DNA of 55,234 nt. Origin: Candidatus Omnitrophota bacterium (lineage in GTDB: Bacteria > Omnitrophota > Gorgyraeia > Gygaellales > Profunditerraquicolaceae). A model generated the notes under the pieces. It was not told the origin of the DNA and did no database searches. It saw nothing but the letters and a program-made list of their open reading frames with translations. The translations under genes and the position numbers were made by a program. Location: positions 1 through 55,234 of the forward strand of contig JAZDFW010000066.1 of the NCBI GenBank assembly GCA_043807505.1, read 5' to 3'. This document shows positions 46,408-55,234 of this stretch, in pieces; within the stretch, counting starts at the first letter, position 1, and every line of letters starts with the position of its first letter.

Positions 46408-48120
46408 ATGTTGAATGTAATAATAGCCAAAATATTTCGTCAGATTGCCATGATCTTAGAAATTAAAGGCGAAAATACCTTTAAAATTCGCGCCTATGAA
46501 AGAGCGGCGCAAAACATCGAAGGCATCCCAAATCTTGAAGATATTGTTAATGAGGAAAAATTAACCCAGATTCCCGGTATTGGGCACGACCTTTCAGAAA
46601 AAATAAAAGAATTCGTAATAAAAGGTAAAATCCAAGCATACGAGGAATTAAAAAAGAGTATCCCCGATGGCCTGCTCAGCCTGCTAGACATCCCTTCTGT
46701 GGGGCCAAAGACCGCAAAATTATTGTTTGTTCAGTTAAATATAAAAAGTATACCTGATTTAGAAGAAGCAATCCAAAAGAGAAAACTTAAAGGCATCTTT
46801 GGTATTAAAGAAAAAACTATTTCGAATATTTTAAAGGGCATAGAAGTAGTAAAAAGAGGCAGAGAAAGATTAACCCTATCCCAGGCAGCCTTTGTGGCTG
46901 ATGAATTTATAAGCCGCCTAAAGAAGTTACCGGAAGTAAAAAAGATTGCCTCTGCCGGCAGCTTGCGCCGCCAAAAAGAAACTGTCAGGGATATTGATAT
47001 TTTGATAACTTCAAAAACGCCAAAAAAAATCATGGACACTTTTGTTAAATTGCCCTCTGTGCGCGAGGTTTTAGCAGCTGGAGAAACGAAGGCATCGATA
47101 CGCACCAAAAGTGACGTGCAGGTTGACTGCCGCGTTGTGGAAGAAAAATCCTTTGGCGCGGCATTACTCTATTTTACCGGCTCCAAGGACTTTAATATAA
47201 AATTACGCCAGATTGCGATAAAAAAAGGAATGAAGTTAAATGAATATGGGCTATTTCCCGCCGAAGGCGGTCCCGCCCGCGGGGGAAAAAATGAAGGAGA
47301 GATATTTAAAAAATTAGGCCTTAGTTATATTGAGCCGGAATTAAGAGAGGATACCGGCGAAATCGAATTGGCACTTGAATCAAAACTGCCGCATTTAATC
47401 CAATTAAAAGATATTTTAGGCGACCTGCACCTGCATTCCACCTGGTCCGACGGATACAATTCTATCGGAGAATTAGCCAACACAGCAAAAAACTTAGGTT
47501 ATTCCTATATAGCAGTCACAGACCATTCACAAAGCTTAAAAGTTGCCCGTGGCTTAAGTATCGCCGGCTTAAAAAAGAAAAAAAAGGAAATCGAAAAAAT
47601 AAATAATACCCTCAAAGGGATCAGGGTCCTGTTTGGGACAGAAGTAGATATTGACTCTAATGGCAATATTGATTACCCAAATAGCGTCTTGAAAGAGTTT
47701 GAAATAGTAATTGCTGCTATCCATAGCGGGTTTAAACAGCCGAAGGAACAGCTAACCAAAAGAATAGTAAAGGCCTGCCTTAATAAATACGTGCAGATTA
47801 TCGCGCATCCTACAGGATTATTATGGGGAACCCGCGATGCCTATGATATTGACTTTGAGCAAATTTTAAAAATTGCAGCCAAAACAAATACTCATTTGGA
47901 AATAAATTCATTTCCGCAAAGGCTTGATTTAAATAGCCATAACTGCCGCCTGGCAAAAGAAATGGGCATTAAATTAGCTATAAATACCGATTCGCACACA
48001 ATAGAACAATTAAGCGCGATGAAATTCGGCGTTGCGGTCGCCCGTCGCGGCTGGCTTACCCGGGAAGACGTAATTAACACGCTGCCAATTGAAAAATTAC
48101 TAAAGGCGATAAAAAAATAA
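46408..48120 (+). CDS. polX: DNA polymerase X / PHP 3'-5' exonuclease
   Basis: IPGIG HhH, AGSLRR..DIDIL, YFTGSK, DLHLHS.WSDG, TDHS, INTDSH. Confidence 0.95.
   Translation: MLNVIIAKIFRQIAMILEIKGENTFKIRAYERAAQNIEGIPNLEDIVNEEKLTQIPGIGHDLSEKIKEFVIKGKIQAYEELKKSIPDGLLSLLDIPSVGPKTAKLLFVQLNIKSIPDLEEAIQKRKLKGIFGIKEKTISNILKGIEVVKRGRERLTLSQAAFVADEFISRLKKLPEVKKIASAGSLRRQKETVRDIDILITSKTPKKIMDTFVKLPSVREVLAAGETKASIRTKSDVQVDCRVVEEKSFGAALLYFTGSKDFNIKLRQIAIKKGMKLNEYGLFPAEGGPARGGKNEGEIFKKLGLSYIEPELREDTGEIELALESKLPHLIQLKDILGDLHLHSTWSDGYNSIGELANTAKNLGYSYIAVTDHSQSLKVARGLSIAGLKKKKKEIEKINNTLKGIRVLFGTEVDIDSNGNIDYPNSVLKEFEIVIAAIHSGFKQPKEQLTKRIVKACLNKYVQIIAHPTGLLWGTRDAYDIDFEQILKIAAKTNTHLEINSFPQRLDLNSHNCRLAKEMGIKLAINTDSHTIEQLSAMKFGVAVARRGWLTREDVINTLPIEKLLKAIKK
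47258..47286. repeat. GC-rich double hairpin inside polX
   Basis: CCGCC-GAA-GGCGG followed by TCCCGCCCGCGGGGGA, encoding PAEGGPARGG in an otherwise AT-rich gene. Confidence 0.6.
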
Positions 48121-48121
48121 G

Positions 48122-49045
48122 ATGTATAAAGTTAAAAGTTTTGCTTTTGCGCTTTGCGCTTTAAGCCTTACGTTTTTATTCGGCTGTCAGGATAAGACGC
48201 TGCATAAAGACAGCCGCCTGATGATGGGCACCTTTGTTGAGGTAACTTCTCCGGATAAATTAGCAAAGAATATTGTTTTTCAGGAATTGACGCGTGTTGA
48301 AAATTTATTAAGTAAATACAAACCAGGCAGCGAAATATCCCGGCTAAACCGACAGGGAAAATTAGCTGTCAGCCCTGAGACATTTTACATTTTAAAAAAA
48401 TCACAGGAACTCTGGAAGTTAAGCGATGGCGCTTTTGATATAACTGTATCGGGTCTGGTAGATCTTTGGGGATTTACAGATAAGAAATATAAAGTACCCG
48501 AAGAGTCCGAGATTAAAGCAGCCCTAAAATTTGTCGGTTCCCAAAAAATTATCTTTAATGATGAAAAAAATGTGGTAGAATTTATAGCTTCTGGGGTAAA
48601 AGTTGATTTAGGCGCAATCGCCAAGGGCTATGCCTTAGATTGCGCTTTAAAAAAATTAAAAGAAAACAACATCACCAGCTGCCTGATAAATATCGGCGGC
48701 CAGATTTATTGCCTGGGAGACAGATTCGGTAAACCCTGGAAAATAGCCATACAGAGCCCCCGGGGAAAAGATTTTGTTGATTTCCTGGAATTAAAAGACG
48801 CGGGGGTCGCGACAAGCGGAGATTACGAGCAATATTTTGTAAAAGATAACGCCCGGTACAGCCATATCCTTAACCCTAAAACAGGTTATCCTGCAAATTC
48901 AGGGATAATTTCCGCTACAGTCATAACAAACAATAATCTAGTTGCTGACGCGCTATCTACGGCAATTTTTGTTTTGGGAAAAGAAAAGGGAATGGAATTA
49001 ATAAAAAAGTTCCCGGGCACAAAAGTAAAAATAATCGATGAATAA
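48122..49045 (+). CDS. apbE: FAD:protein FMN transferase ApbE (lipoprotein)
   Basis: LFGC lipobox, MMGT, GAFDIT, DLGAIAKGY, ATSGDYE, HILNPKTG, ADALST. Confidence 0.95.
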   Translation: MYKVKSFAFALCALSLTFLFGCQDKTLHKDSRLMMGTFVEVTSPDKLAKNIVFQELTRVENLLSKYKPGSEISRLNRQGKLAVSPETFYILKKSQELWKLSDGAFDITVSGLVDLWGFTDKKYKVPEESEIKAALKFVGSQKIIFNDEKNVVEFIASGVKVDLGAIAKGYALDCALKKLKENNITSCLINIGGQIYCLGDRFGKPWKIAIQSPRGKDFVDFLELKDAGVATSGDYEQYFVKDNARYSHILNPKTGYPANSGIISATVITNNNLVADALSTAIFVLGKEKGMELIKKFPGTKVKIIDE

Positions 49046-50363
49046 CCAGACAAAAATAAATAAGAATCCGATTTTTATTTATTTCTCGAAATTAATGGAC
49101 AGGCAGGTAATAGACGCTAACGACGAAGTGATTGGCAGGTTATACGATATCATTGTAAAAACTGTCGAGGTTTATCCACAGTCAACTCATTTAATTATCC
49201 GAAAAGGTTTTCCCAACCGAAAATATGCGGTAATTGCCTGGCAGGAAATCAGTGATATAAACGAACAGGAAATAACCCTGCGTATTGATAAAACAAAGAT
49301 AAACTTTACGGAAATTCACAACAACAAAGAAGAACTTACATTAAGAAGGGATATTCTTGACCAACAGGTTGTAGATACCTTCGATCATAAAGTCATCAGG
49401 ATTAATGACATTCACTTACTTTGTGTCGATAACAACTTGATGCCTGCCCACGTAGATATCAGCACCAAGGGCCTAATCAGGCGCTTAGGTTATGAAAAAA
49501 TCGTTAATTTCCTTATATCATTAGTTAATTCAAGCTACTTAAACAAAGAACATTTGATTTCATGGAAATACATCCATCCGCTTTCAATTAATCCGGTGAG
49601 TAAGACCATTAAAGTAGATGCCCGCCAAAAGCAATTTAGTAACATCCCTGCCGCGGACTTAGGAGAAATTTTTCTTGATTTAGATATTAAACAAAAAAAC
49701 GCGTTATTCAAATCGCTTGATTTAGTCACGCAGGCAAGGATTTTTGTAAACATTGATTTTAAAAACCAGCGGTCATTAATTGAAGAATTAAAGGCCAAGG
49801 AGGTAACGGATATTCTAAATTCGATCCCTTCAGATGAAGCAACAGATTTCTTAGAAAAACTCCCTAAGGATACAGTTGATAAATTTTTAAACCTAATGGA
49901 AAGTAAAAGGTCAAATAAATTATCCCAGCTCTTAGGTTATGCCAGTGACACTGCCGGAGGCCTTATGAGCACTGATTTCTTGTCCGTCACCAAAGACACA
50001 TCAGTTGAAACAACGTTAAAACAAATCAAGGAGCGCCCTTTCAAAACAGAACCGGCCCAGTTTGTTTATATCGTTGATGAAAATAATAAGCTTGTAGGTT
50101 CGATAAATTTCAGGAGCCTCATCCAGGCAAATCCGCAAGACCCGATACAAAATGCGGCATTCCCCAAAACTTATCCGGTGCACTTAAACAGCACCGTAAA
50201 AGAAGTGGCTTATTTAATGGATAAATATAAATATAGCGTTATTCCGGTAGTTGATGAAAATAACCTCCTGCAGGGAATTATTACCGTCGATGATATCTTA
50301 AGCCAGGTTATCGCAATTGCCTGGAGAAGATTAACAAAAATTAAAGTTAAACACCGTATATAA
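49038..50363 (+). CDS. Soluble PRC-barrel + MgtE N-domain + CBS-pair protein
   Basis: Two PRC-like segments, DTAGGLMS, YIVDE, IPVVD..GIITVDD; no MgtE membrane domain. Confidence 0.85.
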   Translation: MNNQTKINKNPIFIYFSKLMDRQVIDANDEVIGRLYDIIVKTVEVYPQSTHLIIRKGFPNRKYAVIAWQEISDINEQEITLRIDKTKINFTEIHNNKEELTLRRDILDQQVVDTFDHKVIRINDIHLLCVDNNLMPAHVDISTKGLIRRLGYEKIVNFLISLVNSSYLNKEHLISWKYIHPLSINPVSKTIKVDARQKQFSNIPAADLGEIFLDLDIKQKNALFKSLDLVTQARIFVNIDFKNQRSLIEELKAKEVTDILNSIPSDEATDFLEKLPKDTVDKFLNLMESKRSNKLSQLLGYASDTAGGLMSTDFLSVTKDTSVETTLKQIKERPFKTEPAQFVYIVDENNKLVGSINFRSLIQANPQDPIQNAAFPKTYPVHLNSTVKEVAYLMDKYKYSVIPVVDENNLLQGIITVDDILSQVIAIAWRRLTKIKVKHRI

Positions 50364-50365
50364 AT

Positions 50366-51592
50366 ATGAAACGATTCTGGACAAAATTAATTATTTTCTT
50401 ATCTGTAATGGGCCCGGGGATCATTACCGCTAATGTCGATAATGACGCTGGTGGAATTACCACCTATTCCGTAGCAGGCGCCCATTTTGGATATTCGCTG
50501 ATCTGGTCATTTGTGCCTATAATAATAGCGCTTATCATAATTCAAGAGATGTGTTCACGCATGGCCGTTGTCACAGGTAAAGGCCTGGCAGATTTAATCA
50601 GGGAAGAATTTGGTGTGAGGGTTACTTTTTACGCGATGATTATCTTAATTTTTTCCAATGTATTTAATACAATCTCCGAATTTGCCGGTATTGCCGCGAG
50701 CGCTGAATTATTTGGTATGAGTAAATATATTTTGGTGCCTGTATGCGCGTTATTTGTCTGGTGGCTGATTGTAAAAGGTACCTATAAATCCGTTGAAAAA
50801 ATATTTCTTTTTGCCTGCTTATTCTACGTTTCTTACATCATCTCGGGTTTTCTTTCAAGCCCAAACTGGAAAGAAGTCGCCTCAGAAACCGTAAAGCCCT
50901 CAATTCACTTTGATAAAACTTATCTTTTTATGTTGATAGGCGTTATCGGAACAACTATCGCCCCTTGGATGCAATTTTATCAACAGTCCTCAGTTGTAGA
51001 AAAAGGCATCAAATTAAGTAATTACAAATACAGCAAACTTGACGTAATCCTGGGCGCCTTTATCGTAAACATAGTAGCTATTTTTATTGTTATAGTCTGC
51101 GCCAATACCTTATTTAGAAACGGTATCAGAATAGAAACCGCTAAAGACGCGGCCCTGGCATTAAAACCACTGGCTGGAGATTACTGCTTCTATTTGTTTG
51201 CTTTCGGGCTTTTAAATGCCTCGGTTTTTTCCGCCTGCATTTTGCCTTTATCCACCGCGTATTCGGTCTGCGAAGGAATGGGGTGGGAGGTAGGGGTAAA
51301 CAGGCGATTCAAAGAAGCTCCGCAATTCTATACACTTTATACCACAATTATCGTAATAGGCGCCGCGATAATATTATTGCCCAATGTCAAACTGGTTCCA
51401 ATCATGCTTATCTCACAGGCAACAAACGGCCTGCTGCTGCCGTTTGTTTTAATTTTTATGCTGCTTTTGGTAAACAATAAACGCCTGATGGGCGAATATA
51501 CGAATTCTAAATTTTATAACTTTCTAACGATAGCCGTGATCGTAGCAATGGTCGGCTTATCTATCGCGCTATTATTTACAACTTTTATGTGA
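50366..51592 (+). CDS. Nramp-family transporter, Mg2+-type (NRMT-like)
   Basis: GPGIITANVDNDAGG and GTTIAPWMQF instead of the canonical DPGN / GAxIMPH motifs. Confidence 0.85.
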   Translation: MKRFWTKLIIFLSVMGPGIITANVDNDAGGITTYSVAGAHFGYSLIWSFVPIIIALIIIQEMCSRMAVVTGKGLADLIREEFGVRVTFYAMIILIFSNVFNTISEFAGIAASAELFGMSKYILVPVCALFVWWLIVKGTYKSVEKIFLFACLFYVSYIISGFLSSPNWKEVASETVKPSIHFDKTYLFMLIGVIGTTIAPWMQFYQQSSVVEKGIKLSNYKYSKLDVILGAFIVNIVAIFIVIVCANTLFRNGIRIETAKDAALALKPLAGDYCFYLFAFGLLNASVFSACILPLSTAYSVCEGMGWEVGVNRRFKEAPQFYTLYTTIIVIGAAIILLPNVKLVPIMLISQATNGLLLPFVLIFMLLLVNNKRLMGEYTNSKFYNFLTIAVIVAMVGLSIALLFTTFM

Positions 51593-51596
51593 TAAA

Positions 51597-52430
51597 ATGG
51601 AGAACAAAATTACAGTTAAAGATATTCTGGCGCTAAAAAGCAAACGTAAAATCACTATGCTTACTGCCTATGACTATCCCTTAGCGTCTTTGATCGATAG
51701 AGCCGGTATAGACATTATCCTAGTCGGTGATTCACTGGCTAATGTTGTCCTGGGGCTTGAAACTACCAAACAAGTCGGCATGACAGAAATGCTTATTTCT
51801 GCCAAAGCTGTGACACGCGCGGCAAAACATGCCTTAATAATAGGCGATATGCCTTATGAGTCTTACCAGGTTAATTCTCAGGAATCAGTAAAGAATGCTT
51901 CGAGATTTATGAATGAAGCAAACTGCGATGCGATAAAACTAGAATGGTTCGACAAATGCCTCGAAGTAACCGAAGCGATTATAAAAGCCGGTATTCCGGT
52001 AATGGGACATATTGGCCTCACTCCGCAAACCGCGGATAAAATCGGTGGTTTTAAAGTCCAAGGCAAAGACGCGGAGGCGGCAAAACGCTTAATCACACAG
52101 GCGCTTGCCTTGGAAAAATTAGGAAGTTTCTCTATAGTCCTTGAATGCGTGCCGGATGAAATCGCCAAAATCATTACGCAAAAACTAAAAATCCCCACTA
52201 TCAGCTGCGGCGCAGGAATCAATTGCGACGGCCAGGTATTAGTCACCCATGATATCCTGGGCCTTTTTGAACGCTTTAAACCAAAATTCGTTAAACAATA
52301 CATTAATCTTGCCCCCCTGATTCAGGCAGCAGTTGAGGAATATAAAACAGAGGTTATCCAAGAAAAGTTCCCCACAAAAGAACACAGCTTCTCGATAAAA
52401 GAAGAGGAACTAAAAAAAATTAAAGAATGA
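51597..52430 (+). CDS. panB: 3-methyl-2-oxobutanoate hydroxymethyltransferase
   Basis: MLTAYD, LVGDSL, GHIGLTPQ, DGQVLV. Confidence 0.97.
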   Translation: MENKITVKDILALKSKRKITMLTAYDYPLASLIDRAGIDIILVGDSLANVVLGLETTKQVGMTEMLISAKAVTRAAKHALIIGDMPYESYQVNSQESVKNASRFMNEANCDAIKLEWFDKCLEVTEAIIKAGIPVMGHIGLTPQTADKIGGFKVQGKDAEAAKRLITQALALEKLGSFSIVLECVPDEIAKIITQKLKIPTISCGAGINCDGQVLVTHDILGLFERFKPKFVKQYINLAPLIQAAVEEYKTEVIQEKFPTKEHSFSIKEEELKKIKE

Positions 52431-53173
52431 AGAAAAAATTAATCGCCAAACTTATTCCCCTTATTATTTTCTTAATCTTTGCCATATTATTTATCATAAA
52501 ATTCGGGGGGGCCCAACTTTTAAAACTTTATATTAATACAGGCGTGGGCAACTGCGAACAAATTCCAATTCTCTGCATGGCTACACAAGAAGAAATCATC
52601 AATCCGCCTATTAATAAAGATTACATTTTGGAATTAACGCGTTTTGATTTTGAAAAACCAAAATTGGAAATTTTTATGCCAAAGAACTTTATGGTGCAAA
52701 AGGGAGATGTAAAAGAAGTTTATTTTAAAAGATTAAAAACTAGGCCCCGTGCCTCTATGGCGTATCTACTTTATAGAAAACCGAATTTCTTTATAAATTT
52801 ATTTCCGCAGTTGACAAAAGATAAAATTAAAAATGACTATGATTTTCTTTCCCGCACAATGGCTGCTAAAACAAACTCTATAAACAACATTACTGATGCA
52901 TTCTTTGTTATCATAAAAGGGATCTTTACCCCCAATCTAGGTGAGATGAAAAACTTGGCCATGATTAAGTTTAACAGCGAAGGTAAAAGAGGCTTTATTA
53001 ATTATAACCTGGCCCCTTCGGTAAATTATTTTGACTGCAATATGCTGAATGCGCGGGGAGAATATTTTAAGCTTTACATTACAGATAATGGCTCAACGTT
53101 AAGCCTGGATAAGGTTTTCGCGATTATTTCGACGTTAAATTCGGATACAAACAAAGCTGCAAAAAACCATTGA
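52427..53173 (+). CDS. Hypothetical membrane-anchored protein
   Basis: N-terminal TM helix; ATGA overlap with panB; no recognised family. Confidence 0.6.
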   Translation: MKKKLIAKLIPLIIFLIFAILFIIKFGGAQLLKLYINTGVGNCEQIPILCMATQEEIINPPINKDYILELTRFDFEKPKLEIFMPKNFMVQKGDVKEVYFKRLKTRPRASMAYLLYRKPNFFINLFPQLTKDKIKNDYDFLSRTMAAKTNSINNITDAFFVIIKGIFTPNLGEMKNLAMIKFNSEGKRGFINYNLAPSVNYFDCNMLNARGEYFKLYITDNGSTLSLDKVFAIISTLNSDTNKAAKNH

Positions 53174-53207
53174 CTTTAAGGTTGATTTGCGCTAAAAATA
53201 AAAAGCT

Positions 53208-54521
53208 ATGGAACAGAACTTAATGGAAAAAATAGTTTCTTTGTGCAAACGCCGCGGCTTTATTTTTCAGTCATCTGATATTTATGGCGGCTTAAGCAAC
53301 ACCTGGGATTACGGCCCCTATGGCGTTGAGCTCAAAAACAACGTCAAACGCGCATGGTGGAAAGCCAATGTCTATGAACGCAATGACATATATGGCATGG
53401 ATGCGGCAATCATGATGAACCCTAAGGTTTGGGAGGCCTCAGGCCATGTTGCAAACTTCGCGGATTATTACGTAGATTGTAAAGAATGTAAGAAACATTT
53501 AAAGGTAACTGAATATACCATCACCCCTGAAGCAAAATGCCCTAATTGCGGTAAGAATAATTTTACCCAAGCCCGGCCGTTTAACCTGTTGTTTAAAACC
53601 CATCAGGGCCCGATAGATGATGAGGCGAATTTAATTTACCTTCGTCCTGAAACCGCGCAGGGGATGTTTGTTAATTTTTTAAACCTGCTTGACGCACGGC
53701 ACCCCAAGCTTCCTTTTGGCATGGCGCAAGTTGGCAAGGCCTTTAGAAACGAAATCACGCCCGGCAATTTTATCTTTAGGACCCGCGAATTCGAACAAAT
53801 GGAAATCGAATATTTTGTCAAACCTGACGAAGCGGATAAATATTATGAATACTGGGTCGAACAAAGGTTCAAATGGTATCTTAATTTGGGAGTTAAAGAA
53901 GAAAATTTAAGGAAGCGGCCGCATGCAAAAGATGAACTTGCGCATTATGCCCGCGCCTGCACCGATATTGAATATAATTTTCCCATTGGATGGTCAGAGC
54001 TGGAGGGCATTGCCAACCGCACTGACTTTGATTTACACCAGCATGCCCAGGCTAGCGGTAAAGACCTGCAATATTTTGACGACGCGGCAAAAGAAAAATT
54101 CTTACCTTTTATCATTGAGCCTTCAGGAGGCGTGGACAGAAGCGTCTTGGCATTTTTAACCGATGCCTACCATGAGGAAAAAATAAAGGATGATATCCGC
54201 GTAGTCCTAAAATTAAATAAAGAACTTGCGCCAATAAAAATAGCGGTCCTGCCGCTTTTAAAAAACCGTCCGCAAGTCGTAGAATTAGCAAAAAAGATTT
54301 CCCAGGATTTAAAGAAAGTTTTTATTACCGTCTATGATGATACCGCCTCAATCGGAAAACTTTACCGCAGGCAGGACGAGATAGGCACGCTTTATTGCGT
54401 CACAATTGATGTGCAGTCATTAGAAGACAATCAGGTTACAGTGCGCGACAGAGACACAATGTTGCAGGACAGAATTGGAATTGAGAAGTTAAAGGAATAT
54501 ATTTCAGACAAAATACAATAA
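53208..54521 (+). CDS. glyQS: Glycine--tRNA ligase, homodimeric alpha2 type
   Basis: KRRGF, DYGPYG, LRPETAQG, FRNEITP, FRTREFEQMEIE, IEPSGG, IGKLYRRQDEIG. Confidence 0.96.
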   Translation: MEQNLMEKIVSLCKRRGFIFQSSDIYGGLSNTWDYGPYGVELKNNVKRAWWKANVYERNDIYGMDAAIMMNPKVWEASGHVANFADYYVDCKECKKHLKVTEYTITPEAKCPNCGKNNFTQARPFNLLFKTHQGPIDDEANLIYLRPETAQGMFVNFLNLLDARHPKLPFGMAQVGKAFRNEITPGNFIFRTREFEQMEIEYFVKPDEADKYYEYWVEQRFKWYLNLGVKEENLRKRPHAKDELAHYARACTDIEYNFPIGWSELEGIANRTDFDLHQHAQASGKDLQYFDDAAKEKFLPFIIEPSGGVDRSVLAFLTDAYHEEKIKDDIRVVLKLNKELAPIKIAVLPLLKNRPQVVELAKKISQDLKKVFITVYDDTASIGKLYRRQDEIGTLYCVTIDVQSLEDNQVTVRDRDTMLQDRIGIEKLKEYISDKIQ

Positions 54522-54545
54522 TTTTAAATGGAGGATTTATTAGCA

Positions 54546-55234
54546 ATGGCAAAGAAAAATGTTTACTTCTTCGGCGGTGGAAAGGCAGACGGCAATGAAA
54601 GTATGAAAAATCTCCTCGGTGGCAAAGGAGCAAATCTTGCGGAAATGGCAGGGCACAAAGACCTGAAATTACCCGTGCCTCCGGGATTTAGCATAACTAC
54701 AGAAGTTTGTATCTATTATTATAAAAATAGGCGCACTTATCCTAAGGGCTTAAAAGAAGAGGCGCAGAAAGCACTAGAAAAAATTGAAAAACTGATGGAC
54801 AGGAAATTCTCCGATGCAGCCAATCCGCTTTTAGTTTCCGTGCGTTCAGGCGCTAGAAGATCCATGCCTGGAATGATGGAAAGCGTTCTGAATGTTGGAC
54901 TTACAGAAAAAACTATTCCTGGGTTGATTAAACAAAGCAACGGCAACGAGCGCTTTGTTTATGATGCCTACCGCAGATTAATCATGATGTATTCCGACGT
55001 GGTTATGGAAAAGGCTGCCGGCATTGAACCCAAAGACGAACAAGGCATCCGTAAGCAACTGGAAAAAATTATGTCCGTGATGAAAAACGAACGCGGTTGT
55101 AAAAGCGACACAGACCTCACGGCCTCGGACCTGAAAAAACTCACTGCTTTGTTTAAAGAAAAAATTAAAGAAGTTTTAAAGAAAGAATTCCCCGATGACC
55201 CCTACGAACAATTATGGGGCGGCATCGGCGCGGT
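54546..55234 (+). CDS. ppdK: Pyruvate phosphate dikinase, 5' part (runs off the window)
   Basis: MAKKNVYFFGGGKADG..LLGGKGANLAEM, PVPPGF, PLLVSVRSGA..SMPGMM; GGAGG SD. Confidence 0.95.
   Translation, partial: MAKKNVYFFGGGKADGNESMKNLLGGKGANLAEMAGHKDLKLPVPPGFSITTEVCIYYYKNRRTYPKGLKEEAQKALEKIEKLMDRKFSDAANPLLVSVRSGARRSMPGMMESVLNVGLTEKTIPGLIKQSNGNERFVYDAYRRLIMMYSDVVMEKAAGIEPKDEQGIRKQLEKIMSVMKNERGCKSDTDLTASDLKKLTALFKEKIKEVLKKEFPDDPYEQLWGGIGA

Noticed and set aside
3527-54946. Numerous minus-strand ORFs of 60-230 aa (for example 3809-4501, 27087-27593, 51878-52303)
   Set aside because: All lie antisense to well-identified genes and show no recognisable motifs.
1-55234. Prophage, CRISPR-Cas, integrase, transposase or defence operon
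   Set aside because: No such genes recognised; the only mobile-type coding sequence is the putative endonuclease at 9216-9917.

Overview
Bacterial chromosomal segment of mostly housekeeping genes, essentially all on the + strand: tilS-ftsH-folP-cdaA-pdxJ-acpS-nnrD, a tRNA Thr-Tyr-Gly cluster, thyA, gpsA, threonine/citramalate genes, valS, nadC, uvrB, coaX, CIRCE-groES-groEL, guaB-guaA, dnaE, HU, hisS-aspS, phoH-HD-ybeY-recO, panE, polX, apbE, Mg transport genes, panB, glyS and a partial ppdK. Gene content and style suggest a PVC-superphylum organism such as Ca. Omnitrophota (inference only). The standout is in the tRNA cluster. tRNA-Tyr(GUA) is split by a compact 206-nt group I intron (9877-10082) inserted inside the anticodon between U35 and A36. 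Directly upstream, between tRNA-Thr and tRNA-Tyr, is an AT-rich free-standing HTH + single-motif LAGLIDADG-like endonuclease gene whose frame runs through the tRNA 5' exon and stops inside the intron, a candidate collaborative-homing unit aimed at a tRNA anticodon arm. Other observations: REP-like palindromes and heptamer repeats inside core genes (coaX, polX, folP, valS, nnrD, apbE), a 42-bp hairpin+Shine-Dalgarno cassette shared by two unrelated genes, an unannotated 46-aa membrane-only CdaR-like peptide, a tRNA-Met with an A19-U56 elbow pair, and a frameshifted wzx flippase remnant. All calls are from motif reading by eye; no searches were run.
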